The notes under the pieces were generated by a model. The model had not been told where the DNA came from. It did no database searches and worked only from the letters and a program-made list of their open reading frames with translations. DNA of 64,000 bases from Anaerolineales bacterium. GTDB taxonomy: Bacteria; Chloroflexota; Anaerolineae; Anaerolineales; UBA4823. The translations under genes were made by a program, and so were the position numbers. Each line of letters starts with the position of its first letter. Positions within the stretch are counted from its first letter, which is position 1. The stretch lies in contig JBFFEL010000005.1 in assembly GCA_041558875.1 (NCBI GenBank), positions 8,771-72,770 of the forward strand. The letters run 5' to 3'. Below are positions 36,632 through 46,243 of this stretch, in pieces.

Positions 36632-38521
36632 ATGAGAGATACAACCACCGCAGAGCAGGCATTTTCACGGCCAATCGATCTGATCCCAAAGGTACTAGCT
36701 GCCCTGGTTGGGGGATTGATCGTTTTTGGTTTGCTTTTGGTGGCTGTGGTGATTGGATACAACATCTCTTTCAGCGGCAAAATCTATCCTGGGGTATCAG
36801 TGGCAGGCATTGATTTATCCGGCCTGGAACCTGCTCAAGCAGCTGCCCTCCTGGAAAGTGAAATCCACTTCCCCAACCACGGCAAGATCCTCTTCCGGGA
36901 TGGGGAAAAAATCTGGCTATCAACGCCGTCCGCTGTTGGATTTTATCTCGATCCGCAATCTACGGCTTCTGCCGCCGTTCAATATGGGCGCGTTGGTGAT
37001 CCAACTTCCCAGATAATCGCTCAGTTCAAATCCTGGTACCAGGGTACATCCCTGCCTCCCCAGTATGTATTCGACGAGAATAGTGCCCAGCTCTTCCTTC
37101 AGAGTATCGCCATCCAAACGGATATAGAGATGGTTGAAGCCTCCCTTAGCGTGGAAGGCGTGGATGTGGTCGTCCGCCCGGGTCAGACAGGCCGGCACTT
37201 GAACGTACCCGCCACACTTGAAGAGTTGAGAACCAATCTCCAGGATATGCACGATACAGAAGTCCAGCTGGTGATTGATGAAGACGCTCCCGTGATTTTA
37301 AATGCGGAAGAACAGGCCCAAATCGCCCGCCAGATTCTGAGTGAACCGCTGAAACTCACCGTTCCCGGCGCCAAAGAAGGTGACCCGGGACCATGGACTT
37401 TTGAACCCGATGCCCTGGCCCAAATGATAACCATCACGAGAATTAAAGACCAGGATGGGGAACTCTACCAGGTTGGTCTGGAAACTACCGGTTTGAACTC
37501 GTTCCTCGAGGGTATCAGCCCCCAACTGGAACTCAGCCGCAAAAACGCCCGCTTTATTTTCAATGATGAAACCCGCCAGCTGGAGGTGATTGAACCGGCT
37601 ATCATCGGCCGTTCATTAAATGTGGCTGGTTCGGTTGAAAATATCAATCAGAAACTCCTGGCTGGAGATCATAAAATTGCACTTGATCTGGAGCACACCC
37701 AACCGGAAGTTGGCGATGATGCTACCGCTGAACAGCTGGGCGTCACCGAGCTGGTCAGCTCGCATACTTCCTATTTTTATGGCTCGAGCGCAGAACGAAT
37801 TCAGAATATCACCACCGCAGCCAGCCAGTATCATGGCCTGTTGGTGCCCCCCGGAGCAACATTTTCAATGGGCGAGGCTCTGGGTGATGTAAGCCTGGAT
37901 AATGGATACGCCGAGGCTCTAATAATTTTCGGCAATCGCACCATACAGGGAGTCGGCGGCGGTGTCTGCCAGGTGAGCACAACCCTGTTTCGCACGGTCT
38001 TTTTCGGCGGATATCCAGTAATCGAGCGCTACCCACATGCTTACCGGGTTGGCTATTATGAGCTCAAAGCAGATGGCGGGTACAATACCAGCCTGGCCGG
38101 ATTGGATGCCACCGTTTATACTCCTCTGGTAGACTTCAAATTTGCCAACGATACCCCACACTGGCTGCTGATGGAAACTTATGTCAATCCATCTGCGAGA
38201 ACCCTTACCTGGAAGTTCTATTCAACTTCCGATGGACGCACAGTTGATTGGCAAACAACCGGCCTCAAAAACAAAGTCGATCCTCCGGATCCGCTCTACG
38301 AAGAGAATCAGGATCTGGTCAAAGGAGAGATCATCCAGGTGGATTGGGCAGTCGAAGGCGCGGATGTGACCGTCAATCGAACAGTGTACCGCGACGGTCA
38401 AACACTACATGAGGATGTTTTCACTACCCATTACATGCCGTGGCGTGCCGTGCACCAGTATGGGCCTGGCACAAAGGGTATGCCGCCAAAAGAGGGGAAA
38501 AAGAAGGACATTGAAGGTTAG
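36632..38521 (+). CDS. VanW-family protein (N-terminal TM anchor, peptidoglycan-binding-like region, VanW domain)
   Basis: The VanW core is GGGVCQVSTTLFRTVFFGGYPVIERYPHAYRVGYY, with an N-terminal hydrophobic anchor. Confidence 0.85.
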   Translation: MRDTTTAEQAFSRPIDLIPKVLAALVGGLIVFGLLLVAVVIGYNISFSGKIYPGVSVAGIDLSGLEPAQAAALLESEIHFPNHGKILFRDGEKIWLSTPSAVGFYLDPQSTASAAVQYGRVGDPTSQIIAQFKSWYQGTSLPPQYVFDENSAQLFLQSIAIQTDIEMVEASLSVEGVDVVVRPGQTGRHLNVPATLEELRTNLQDMHDTEVQLVIDEDAPVILNAEEQAQIARQILSEPLKLTVPGAKEGDPGPWTFEPDALAQMITITRIKDQDGELYQVGLETTGLNSFLEGISPQLELSRKNARFIFNDETRQLEVIEPAIIGRSLNVAGSVENINQKLLAGDHKIALDLEHTQPEVGDDATAEQLGVTELVSSHTSYFYGSSAERIQNITTAASQYHGLLVPPGATFSMGEALGDVSLDNGYAEALIIFGNRTIQGVGGGVCQVSTTLFRTVFFGGYPVIERYPHAYRVGYYELKADGGYNTSLAGLDATVYTPLVDFKFANDTPHWLLMETYVNPSARTLTWKFYSTSDGRTVDWQTTGLKNKVDPPDPLYEENQDLVKGEIIQVDWAVEGADVTVNRTVYRDGQTLHEDVFTTHYMPWRAVHQYGPGTKGMPPKEGKKKDIEG

Positions 38522-38559
38522 AAGCACCTCATTCAAGATGCTTCCATGAGGAGATCAAC

Positions 38560-38775
38560 ATGGTCAGTCAGGAACTACTGGACATCCTCCGCTGTCCAAA
38601 TTGCGTCAGAGAAACAGAAGGTTTGCTTGAATACTATAAGGAGACCTGGTTGATCTGCCAGGATTGCGATCGCAAGTACCCGATCCGCGATGATATCCCG
38701 GTCATGTTAATTGACGAGGGCGATAAATGGCGGTCCACCCCCAAAGAGGAACTTCCCATCCCGCCACCTGAATAA
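38560..38775 (+). CDS. Trm112/UPF0434-family small zinc-ribbon protein
   Basis: LLDILRCPNC...LICQDCDRKYPIRDDIPVMLIDE is the characteristic motif. Confidence 0.75.
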   Translation: MVSQELLDILRCPNCVRETEGLLEYYKETWLICQDCDRKYPIRDDIPVMLIDEGDKWRSTPKEELPIPPPE

Positions 38776-38781
38776 AGGCTG

Positions 38782-39363
38782 ATGAGCGGGCTAAATAAAA
38801 CAGATCTGGTAGCCGAATTCACCTGTGATTCTGATTCGCGGGCGGAGTTGGCGGCTTTGCAGTTATCCGCGACAGGCCCAGAGAGCTTAGAAATTCTCGG
38901 CGAGCTGCTCGAAGATCTAAATCCGGAGGTGCGCTGGTGGGCTGCCCGCTCCCTGGCGGATATTCGCAGCACCGGCGCAGTTCCTCTCCTGCTGATTGCT
39001 TTGCAAGATTCGGATTCAGGGGTGCAGCAGTGCTCGGCCTTAGCCCTGCGGTGCCAACCGGATTCACGCGCCATCCCGCAGCTGGTCGCCCTGCTGGGTG
39101 CCGAAGACCGGCTGCTTTCACGCCTGGCTGGAGATGCGCTTATCGCTATTGGAGAGGATGCAGTTCCCGCGTTGATCGCCGTAATGGATGATGGATCGCA
39201 GCCATCTAGATTAGAATCTGTTCGGGCACTGGCATTAATCGGTGACACCCGCGCTATACCAATCCTGATCAAGGCGCTCGATCAAGATTCAGCTGTCATG
39301 GAACACTGGGCTGAACAAGGATTGGAGAAAATGGGTGTCGGAATGGTATTTTTCGAACCTTAG
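38782..39363 (+). CDS. HEAT-repeat (PBS-lyase-type) protein
   Basis: Repeated ~30-aa units of the form ..VRWWAARSLADI....AVPLLLIALQD.D..V.. Confidence 0.75.
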   Translation: MSGLNKTDLVAEFTCDSDSRAELAALQLSATGPESLEILGELLEDLNPEVRWWAARSLADIRSTGAVPLLLIALQDSDSGVQQCSALALRCQPDSRAIPQLVALLGAEDRLLSRLAGDALIAIGEDAVPALIAVMDDGSQPSRLESVRALALIGDTRAIPILIKALDQDSAVMEHWAEQGLEKMGVGMVFFEP

Positions 39364-39376
39364 CGATTTACCCTGT

Positions 39377-39877
39377 TCAAAACTGGCTGAAAGCCCAGAT
39401 CAACCAGGCCGCGATCATCACCAAACCAATCCCAAACCGCACCAAAAAAGATAAGCCCCACCCGAGAGCCATGCCGCGCGTCGCCCGCCAGGCGCTTCGC
39501 CATTCTCGATTGCGCAGGAGTTCCAGCAGAAATATCGCGATGGGTATGGCGATGAAACCGCCAATGGGGGGAAAAATTATCGTACCGGCAATACCGGCAA
39601 CGAGGGCGACGATGATCGTCAACCACGATGCGCCGCCCTTGAGGGCGCCTGCCCCCATGAGGACATTATCCGCACTTATCCCTGCTATCATTCCCAGGGT
39701 GATAAATACGATCATGATAATTCCCAAGGTATCAAATCCGGCTACAAACCCATAAATCACGGCTGCCAACCAGATGACTGTGATCCCTGGGAAGATTGGC
39801 ACGATCAACAAAGCCAATCCCCCCAGCATGATCAGCAGCGTCAACCAAAAGCTGAGTGCGTTAGCCCAGTCAGGCAA
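39377..39877 (-). CDS. DUF456-family membrane protein
   Basis: The [24 protein letters not shown] motif and four hydrophobic helices. I favour TTG 39877 as the start because it puts the FPG motif at the usual distance. The track's start at 39952 would overlap serS by 83 nt. Confidence 0.6.
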   Translation of the reverse strand: MPDWANALSFWLTLLIMLGGLALLIVPIFPGITVIWLAAVIYGFVAGFDTLGIIMIVFITLGMIAGISADNVLMGAGALKGGASWLTIIVALVAGIAGTIIFPPIGGFIAIPIAIFLLELLRNREWRSAWRATRGMALGWGLSFLVRFGIGLVMIAAWLIWAFSQF

Positions 39878-41156
39878 ATTGTCCCTCGGGTTCAATGACT
39901 TCGATCCCGCCCATCCAGGGATGGAGGATGGGAGGCACAACAACTGAACCATCCGCTTGTTGGTTATTTTCCATCACCGCGATCAGCGTGCGGGGTAACC
40001 CTAACCCCGAGCCGTTCAAAGTATGCACGAAGCGAGTCCGCCCACCCGCCTCCGGTCGATACCTAATATTGGCTCGTCTGGCCTGAAAGCTGCCCACATT
40101 CGAAATTGACGAAACCTCTAGCCATTCACCGACTCCTGGCGCCCAAACTTCAATATCATAGGTAATATGGGCTCCAAAACCTAAATCTCCGGTGCACAGC
40201 TGGTTGATCCGGTAAGTTAAGCCCAGATCGGCACAAACTTGCTCCGCGTCGGCGACCATCTTTTCAAACTCGGTCAGTGAATCTTCCGGCTTGCAGAATT
40301 TGTACATTTCAACTTTGTCAAACTGGTGGCCGCGTTTTATCCCGCGCACATCCCGACCGGCGCTCATTTTCTCCCTTCGAAAGCATGGTGTGTAAGCCGT
40401 GTAATGCAGCGGCAATGCGGCCTCATCCAGGATTTCATCCATATGCAGGCCAGTCAGCGGTACCTCAGCCGTTGGCACAAACCACAAATCCTCTTCATGG
40501 TCCTTATACAGGTTGTCGGCGAACTTTGGCAGCTGCCCGGCACCATAAACCACCTCGCTTTTGACCATGAAGGGAGTGTACTTTTCGGTGTAGCCCTGCT
40601 TTATATGCACATCCAGCATCCAGGCGATCAACGCCCTTTGCAGGCGCGCCCCTGCTCCGCTGAGTACATAAAACCGTGACCCGGTGATATTTACTCCTTG
40701 CTCAAAATTGATCATCCCCAGAGCAGGCCCCAAATCCCAATGCGGCTGTGGCTCGAAATCATATTCTGGAATTTCACCAACCTCCTTGATGATCACATTT
40801 TCGCTTTCATCCACACCCAGGGGAACATCGGGATCAGGAAGGTTAGGAATCTCCGACATCAGCGCTTTCAAATTGCTCTCGACCTCGCGGAGTTCGTTAT
40901 CCAAGCCATCGATGCGGTCGCCAACCTGGCGCATCTGGTCAATTTTCGGCTGGCGCTCATCCTGGTCTTTTATCTTGCCGATCTCTTTTGAAACCACGTT
41001 TCGTTCCGCTTTGAGTTTCTCGACCTGTTGGATCAGGCTTCTGCGCTGCTCATCCAGCGCCAGGACCTGGTCAACAGGTTCAGGATCCATTTGGCGTTTC
41101 CGCAACGCATCCCTCACCAGGTCAGGTTGTTCACGGAACAGGTTGATATCTAACAT
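39870..41156 (-). CDS. serS: Serine--tRNA ligase
   Basis: An N-terminal coiled-coil arm ([21 protein letters not shown]), class II motifs (FRRE, GSGL..R) and a GGAGGTG RBS. Confidence 0.95.
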   Translation of the reverse strand: MLDINLFREQPDLVRDALRKRQMDPEPVDQVLALDEQRRSLIQQVEKLKAERNVVSKEIGKIKDQDERQPKIDQMRQVGDRIDGLDNELREVESNLKALMSEIPNLPDPDVPLGVDESENVIIKEVGEIPEYDFEPQPHWDLGPALGMINFEQGVNITGSRFYVLSGAGARLQRALIAWMLDVHIKQGYTEKYTPFMVKSEVVYGAGQLPKFADNLYKDHEEDLWFVPTAEVPLTGLHMDEILDEAALPLHYTAYTPCFRREKMSAGRDVRGIKRGHQFDKVEMYKFCKPEDSLTEFEKMVADAEQVCADLGLTYRINQLCTGDLGFGAHITYDIEVWAPGVGEWLEVSSISNVGSFQARRANIRYRPEAGGRTRFVHTLNGSGLGLPRTLIAVMENNQQADGSVVVPPILHPWMGGIEVIEPEGQFA

Positions 41157-41189
41157 AGCTGCACCTCCAAAAACATAAACAGTTTCTAG

Positions 41190-41445
41190 AATAAATAAGC
41201 CCCCTCGTTTGCAGGACGAGGGGGCGCTCGTGGTGCCACCTGCTTTCGCCGATCAGATCGGCCTCTTCAACGCGCTAACGGGCGAACCCGGCCTCCTTAC
41301 GAAAGAATCCCTGCGGAAGCAATTGACCTCATTAGGGTCGGCGGAGGGGATTTCACTGCTACACCTGCTGCCTCGCAGCCTCCGGCAGTTCTCTGGGAGG
41401 ATTTGCAGCTACTTGGCTCCGCGCACATCTTTTTTGACTATATTG
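41190..41445 (-). promoter_or_regulatory. T-box riboswitch leader of serS
   Basis: The minus strand shows Stem I elements (AGUAG, AGAGAA and GAAAUCC with a UCC Ser codon at 41350-41348). It also shows a T-box sequence, AGCAGGUGGCACCACGAG (41242-41225), with bulge UGGC. A terminator follows: GCCCCCUCGU-ccugcaa-ACGAGGGGGC plus UUAUUUAUU (41225-41190). Confidence 0.8.
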
Positions 41446-41450
41446 GTTGG

Positions 41451-41478
41451 ATTATACCTGAGGATGAAGCACTGTCAA
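41451..41478 (-). promoter_or_regulatory. Sigma-70-type promoter of the serS T-box leader
   Basis: On the minus strand: TTGACA (41478-41473), a 16-nt spacer, then TATAAT (41456-41451). Confidence 0.6.
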
Positions 41479-41606
41479 GTACAATACAATGAATAACAAG
41501 AAATATGTAGTGACGACTACAGTAGTTTATCTCTTAACCTGCAAATGAAGCAGAATTAGTGGCATCATTAATGCTCAATCAGAATCCTTCCGCTGCGAGG
41601 TCAAAA

Positions 41607-42440
41607 ATGAGATTCGGTTTCGTGCTGCCTAAAGGCGACGCCCGGACCGCTGCCCGGTTCGCTCACCTGGCCGAGAAATCCGGTTGGGATGGCTTCTTCG
41701 TCTGGGAGCCAGTCTGGGGGATAGACGCCTGGGTGTGCCTGGCTGCCGCGGCCATGGTTACCGAACGTATCCGACTTGGCACCATGCTTACCCCGCTCTC
41801 TCGCATGCGCCCCTGGAAGCTGGCCAGCGAAACCGCCACCCTTGATAACCTCTCCAATGGCAGGCTTATCTTATCCATCGGATTAGGTGCGGTTGATACC
41901 GGCTTCGCGGAATTCGGAGAGGTTACCAGCCGGACAGAACGCGCTGAACTGTTGGACGAAGGTTTGCAGATCCTGACCGGTCTCTGGTCTGGGGTGCCTT
42001 TTCATTACTTCGGAAAACATTACCAGGTTGAGTTGGCTGAAGATTTCTTCCTGCCACCGCCCCCACCTGTCCAAAAACCGCGCATTCCTATTTGGGTAGT
42101 CGGCGCTTGGCCGCGCCCGAAATCGATGCAGCGTGCCCTGCATTACGATGGTTTGCTGCCCAATGTCATGGGCGAAGCTGGAAAAGTTCGCCTGGACCCG
42201 CCTGCTCCGGATGAAATTCGCGCGATGCAAGAATACATAACTGTACATCGCGAACAAGACACGCCTTTCGATATCGTGGTCGAAGGTGAAACCCCTGGAA
42301 ATGATCTGCAAAAGGCTGGCTCGATCGTGAATCCCTATCGTGATGCGGGTGCTACCTGGTGGATCGAAACCCTGTGGACCATCCAGGATGAGGGTAAAGT
42401 GCTCACCCGCATCCAGCAAGGCCCTCCCCGCTTAGCATAA
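41607..42440 (+). CDS. Luciferase-like (LLM-class) flavin/F420-dependent oxidoreductase
   Basis: MRFGFVLP...AE..GWDG.FVWE and LGLGAV are typical of LLM proteins. ATG 41607 has GAGG 6-7 nt upstream; the track's GTG 41559 is an alternative start. Confidence 0.8.
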   Translation: MRFGFVLPKGDARTAARFAHLAEKSGWDGFFVWEPVWGIDAWVCLAAAAMVTERIRLGTMLTPLSRMRPWKLASETATLDNLSNGRLILSIGLGAVDTGFAEFGEVTSRTERAELLDEGLQILTGLWSGVPFHYFGKHYQVELAEDFFLPPPPPVQKPRIPIWVVGAWPRPKSMQRALHYDGLLPNVMGEAGKVRLDPPAPDEIRAMQEYITVHREQDTPFDIVVEGETPGNDLQKAGSIVNPYRDAGATWWIETLWTIQDEGKVLTRIQQGPPRLA

Positions 42441-42658
42441 TCCCTTAAAGATTAACCGCTCCAGATTTCCAAGCCAATCTGGCCTCCCAAAAATACTCTT
42501 GCAGGATTTGTAATCCTGCCCATGGCTTAGGAGAGGGATTGCAAATCCCTTTGGAGCGAAGAGAGAAATCTCCTCCAATGCACCAGACGACGTCCTCGTC
42601 GCTGCGGAAGGCGGGCTGAACGTCTTCAGAAATGAATTGGTCGTCGAAGTAAAAATAG

Positions 42659-44179
42659 CTATTCCCGCTCGCGCAGGTGCGGAAACAGGATCACTTCCCG
42701 GATATTTGGAGTATCGGTGAAGAGCATCGTCAACCGGTCGATCCCCATGCCGAAGCCCCCGTTAGGCGGCATGCCATAACGCATCGCCCGCAGGTAATCT
42801 TCATCCATCGGGTGGCGTTCCTCATCATCGGCCGCATAATCACGGCCCATCTCCTGGAAGCGCGCTTCTTGATCGAGCGGATCGTTCAATTCGCTGAAGG
42901 CGTTGCAAATCTCCATCCCGGCCATAAATGCCTCGAATCGCTCTACGGTATTGGGGTCATCAGGCTTGCTCTTTGTCAATGGAGAGATATCACGCGGGTA
43001 ATCATATAAAAAGGTTGGTTGGAGCAGGTTGGGCTCCAGAAAATTGCCGATCAGCCCGTCGATTAATTTTCCACGCGTTGCCTTCGGGTCAGGCTCCAAA
43101 TCTTTCGCCCGCATAGCCTGCGCCAGGCTCTCTGCCGTACTGTGCTCCTCGATATCGATGCCGACCATCTCTACCAGCCCATCACTTAGCTTCATCCGCA
43201 TCCAGGGCGGCTCAAGGTTGATCACCTGACCCTGATAGGAAATCTCTCGACTTCCCGCCACCTGGTCTGCAACATGGACAACCATCTGCTCGGTAAGTTC
43301 CATCACCTGCTGGTAATCCGCATAGGCCATATAAAACTCGAGCATGGTAAACTCCGGGTTATGTGTACGGTCGACCCCTTCATTGCGAAAATCACGACCG
43401 ATCTCGTAGACCCGTTCGATGTCCCCCACCAATAATCGTTTCAAATAGAGTTCAAATGAGATCCGCAAGTAAAGATCTTGTTTGAGCTGGTTGTGATAAG
43501 TTACAAACGGACGGGCTGCTGCACCGCCGTAGATCGGCTGCAATATGGGAGTCTCGACCTCCAGGAATTCATGGCCGTCCAGAAATTCTCTCAGGCTGCG
43601 AATAATGGCCGCCCGGGTGCGGAAGATCTGGCGCACATCTGGGTTGACCGCCAGGTCTGCGTAGCGCTGCCTGTAACGCACTTCGGGTTCCGCCAGGGTT
43701 GCATGCTGCACGACTTCACCATCCACCACTTCATCTTTTGCCGCTGGTAAGGGCGTGATCGATTTTGCCAGCATGTGGAATTCTTTTACCCGCAGGGTCG
43801 CCTCACCCGTGCGTGTGCGGAACATTTCACCCTTCGCCTGGATGAAATCTCCTAGATCAAAATACCGGTTGAAGAACTCCACCTGATCTTGCCCGATATC
43901 GTTCGCCCTTAGAAAGATCTGCACCCTTCCAGCGCCATCTTCGATATGGGCAAAAGTAATCTTTCCCATGGCACGCAGGGACCGGATGCGTCCAACCACG
44001 GTCGCCTGAACTGCAGTCTCTCCACCCTTGGCCTCGACCACCTCAAACGCGGCAATCGCTTCTTGGGTGGAATGCGACCTCTCGGATTGTGCGGGATAAG
44101 GCTCTATACCTTGTTCACGCAGCTGCTCCACCTTCTCCAGGCGAATCTTTTCCAAATTCGAGTATTCCCTCGTCATCAA
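42659..44179 (-). CDS. lysS: Lysine--tRNA ligase (class II)
   Basis: An N-terminal OB anticodon-binding region, the class II motifs FRNEG and GMGIDRL, and the conserved greA-lysS neighbourhood. Confidence 0.95.
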   Translation of the reverse strand: MMTREYSNLEKIRLEKVEQLREQGIEPYPAQSERSHSTQEAIAAFEVVEAKGGETAVQATVVGRIRSLRAMGKITFAHIEDGAGRVQIFLRANDIGQDQVEFFNRYFDLGDFIQAKGEMFRTRTGEATLRVKEFHMLAKSITPLPAAKDEVVDGEVVQHATLAEPEVRYRQRYADLAVNPDVRQIFRTRAAIIRSLREFLDGHEFLEVETPILQPIYGGAAARPFVTYHNQLKQDLYLRISFELYLKRLLVGDIERVYEIGRDFRNEGVDRTHNPEFTMLEFYMAYADYQQVMELTEQMVVHVADQVAGSREISYQGQVINLEPPWMRMKLSDGLVEMVGIDIEEHSTAESLAQAMRAKDLEPDPKATRGKLIDGLIGNFLEPNLLQPTFLYDYPRDISPLTKSKPDDPNTVERFEAFMAGMEICNAFSELNDPLDQEARFQEMGRDYAADDEERHPMDEDYLRAMRYGMPPNGGFGMGIDRLTMLFTDTPNIREVILFPHLRERE

Positions 44180-44190
44180 CCTTCTCCCTA

Positions 44191-44230
44191 TTTATATAAA
44201 AGCCCCACGCAGAGGTTGCTCGCGTGGGGC
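44191..44230 (-). terminator. Rho-independent terminator between greA and lysS
   Basis: On the minus strand: GCCCCACGC-(11 nt)-GCGUGGGGC followed by UUUUAUAUAAA. Confidence 0.65.
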
Positions 44231-44251
44231 TATTAATCGGTCTGCCCGGTG

Positions 44252-44722
44252 CTACTCAACCTTAACTATTTGAACTTCATATGCGCCATCGGGAGCTTCA
44301 ACTTTGACCTTATCACCAGCTTTGCGATCGATGATCGCTCGTCCGAGAGGGGACTCGTTTGAAATCCGCCCATCGCGGGGACTTGCTTCCGCCCGGCCGA
44401 CCAGCGTGTATACTTCCGGCGCGCCTCTGCCTTCCTTTATCGTCACCGTAGCGCCAATATCGACAACTTCCCGTTTTCCGGAATTTTCAATAACGCGCGC
44501 GTTGGCAAGCAGCATCTCCAGCTCTTGGATGCGACCTTCAACGAAGGCCTGTTCATTTTTTGCAGCTTCATACTCAGCGTCCAAATCGACGCCCATATCT
44601 CCGCCATCTTCCATGGCTTCCCTCAAGCGTTCGGCCACTTCCTGGCGTTTTACCGTTCTTAGTTGTTCTAATTCATCCTGTAGCTTTTGGTAACCCGTTG
44701 GGGTCAGAAAAGATGGAGGCAT
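44252..44722 (-). CDS. greA: Transcription elongation factor GreA
   Basis: LT..GY..L..EL..L......V...I..A...GD..EN.EY coiled-coil region and the C-terminal S.SP.G.AL.G...GD.V motif. Confidence 0.92.
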   Translation of the reverse strand: MPPSFLTPTGYQKLQDELEQLRTVKRQEVAERLREAMEDGGDMGVDLDAEYEAAKNEQAFVEGRIQELEMLLANARVIENSGKREVVDIGATVTIKEGRGAPEVYTLVGRAEASPRDGRISNESPLGRAIIDRKAGDKVKVEAPDGAYEVQIVKVE

Positions 44723-44844
44723 TGTTTCACCCGTGAAATAAAAATTTGTTTTGTAACCTAATCCCCGACAATCCCTGGTCCTACTGATGAAAAGGAGATG
44801 CGGCGTCTTGGAAGTGCGTTATGCTCTTCCGCCGCCGCGCACGG

Positions 44845-44873
44845 ATTTTAACACAATCCTTTTTGATTTGCAA
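44845..44873 (-). promoter_or_regulatory. Candidate sigma-70-type promoter of greA
   Basis: On the minus strand: TTGCAA (44873-44868), a 17-nt spacer, then TAAAAT (44850-44845), about 120 nt upstream of the ATG. Confidence 0.5.
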
Positions 44874-44896
44874 GAGAATATTCAAATACGTATGTT

Positions 44897-45622
44897 CTAA
44901 GAATAATGCCAGAGTCTGACACCTTTTATGGGCTGCCAATAGGCTCGGATGGCTTCCCGCATCTCCTTTGAGCTCGCCCAGAATGTGCTTATCTGGGAGT
45001 TATGCGCCGCGACAGCATCCTGCCAGATTTTAAGCCCGGCTTCTGACACTGGAAATACATCCTGGTGAATCCCCCGGTCATGAACATCCTCATCTGGATT
45101 AACTGTATAGGGATAGTCAGCGTAGTACCACAATTGTTTACCCAGTTTTTCCGCTGCCGATCTCGTCAGGCGGTGATCAACATGTCCCCCCAATGCAAGC
45201 GGGCAAACCAGTTTACATTCTTGAGGTAAAGCCTGCTCAAGATCAATCCGCAAAGATTCAACCAGGTAGTCTTCTTCACGATTCAGCTCTGTAAATAGGT
45301 CTGCATCAGCCGTATACAAAGACCTACCATCCACTCTTGAACTCCGGTAGATTGCATCTGGGATGGGAAAATTGCGCGATGAGGCGCCCATCAGCCGGCT
45401 TGACTTTAAGTCTTCAGCTCTCCTGGCAGCAACTGCTTCTGGTCCGGTTTCCCAGCGTTTGTGCAGACTTTGGGCGTACTCGGAAATCGATCCCGGTGGT
45501 GGTTCACCTGCGCAGATCGTCCAGATCGAAACCCTTTCCCCCAATCCAGTTTGCTCCCAGATCAGACCTCCACAGGAAAAAGCGACATCATCAAAATGCG
45601 GGGACAGATAAATCCATTCCAT
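44897..45622 (-). CDS. PIG-L/LmbE-family N-acetylglucosaminyl deacetylase
   Basis: LSPHFDDVAFSCGG and a later GGHVDH motif. Confidence 0.8.
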   Translation of the reverse strand: MEWIYLSPHFDDVAFSCGGLIWEQTGLGERVSIWTICAGEPPPGSISEYAQSLHKRWETGPEAVAARRAEDLKSSRLMGASSRNFPIPDAIYRSSRVDGRSLYTADADLFTELNREEDYLVESLRIDLEQALPQECKLVCPLALGGHVDHRLTRSAAEKLGKQLWYYADYPYTVNPDEDVHDRGIHQDVFPVSEAGLKIWQDAVAAHNSQISTFWASSKEMREAIRAYWQPIKGVRLWHYS

Positions 45623-45721
45623 AAAAGTTTCCGCTCCTCTGCCAGTGAATTTTACCTAATCTCCCATCGCCTTGCCACTCATGCAGGCCGGTGTTATCAT
45701 CTATGAGTGTGAAGCGCATAT

Positions 45722-46237
45722 ATGCTTTCAAATCTTCCTGAATTTACTCGACTGCGCTTGGTCTTTATCGCCATTATCCTGGCGACCCTGCCATGCTATT
45801 GCCTTGGATTGATAGCAGTTGCTTTGGCCCCGGAAAATGAAACCATGCCCGCTTCGAACCCAACCATCACCTTGACTGCCACATCCACGCTCCCACCGAC
45901 GCTCACCGCCATTCCAACCTTACCACCCACCAACACTCCCACTCAAACGCTGAGTCCATCTCCCACCGCGACAATGACAATTTCACCCTCACCGACCAGC
46001 ACCCTGAGCCCGACTCCCACTCCTACCCCGACTGAGACGATCCAACCCAGTCCCACAAACACTGAGACTCTGATCCCTTCGCCGACCCAGACTGACACCC
46101 AGCCCGTTACACCCACTGAAACGAGCACCATCACCCCAACCATCACTCCCACTGAGGAGCTCACCCTCACTCCTTCCCCAACGGCCAGTGAAACCCCAAT
46201 CACATCAGAAACAGAATCCCCCTCAAATCAACCATAG
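45722..46237 (+). CDS. Membrane-anchored Pro/Thr-rich low-complexity protein
   Basis: An N-terminal TM helix followed by ~120 aa of (T/S)P(T/S)xT repeats and no recognisable domain. The gene ends 6 nt before the first M42 peptidase gene. Confidence 0.5.
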   Translation: MLSNLPEFTRLRLVFIAIILATLPCYCLGLIAVALAPENETMPASNPTITLTATSTLPPTLTAIPTLPPTNTPTQTLSPSPTATMTISPSPTSTLSPTPTPTPTETIQPSPTNTETLIPSPTQTDTQPVTPTETSTITPTITPTEELTLTPSPTASETPITSETESPSNQP

Positions 46238-46243
46238 GAAACC

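Noticed and set aside
38634-39272. 212-aa minus-strand ORF opposite the Trm112/HEAT genes. Similar long antisense ORFs occur at 10304-10909, 18223-18726, 25624-26091, 26747-27280, 32220-32756, 40684-41178 and 41883-42419.
   Set aside because: All lie antisense to strongly supported genes and have Ser/Arg/Ala/Pro-rich, low-information translations with no RBS. They are typical shadow ORFs of GC-rich coding sequence.
41209-41496. 95-aa plus-strand ORF in the serS upstream gap.
   Set aside because: It lies exactly antisense to the T-box leader and its terminator, has no RBS and has no recognisable family. The RNA element explains the conservation-like structure of this stretch.
44723-44844. greA 5' leader hairpins (GCGGCGGCGGAAG...CTTCC..GCCGC and TTTCAC-GG-GTGAAA just before the ATG) as a GraL-like sRNA or attenuator.
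   Set aside because: The stems are imperfect, no U-tract follows them, and I cannot show conservation. This is recorded only as a possibility.
45943-46203. 86-aa minus-strand ORF (Gly/Val-rich) opposite the PT-rich gene.
   Set aside because: It is the mirror image of the ACN/CCN repeat. It stays open only because of the repeat composition.
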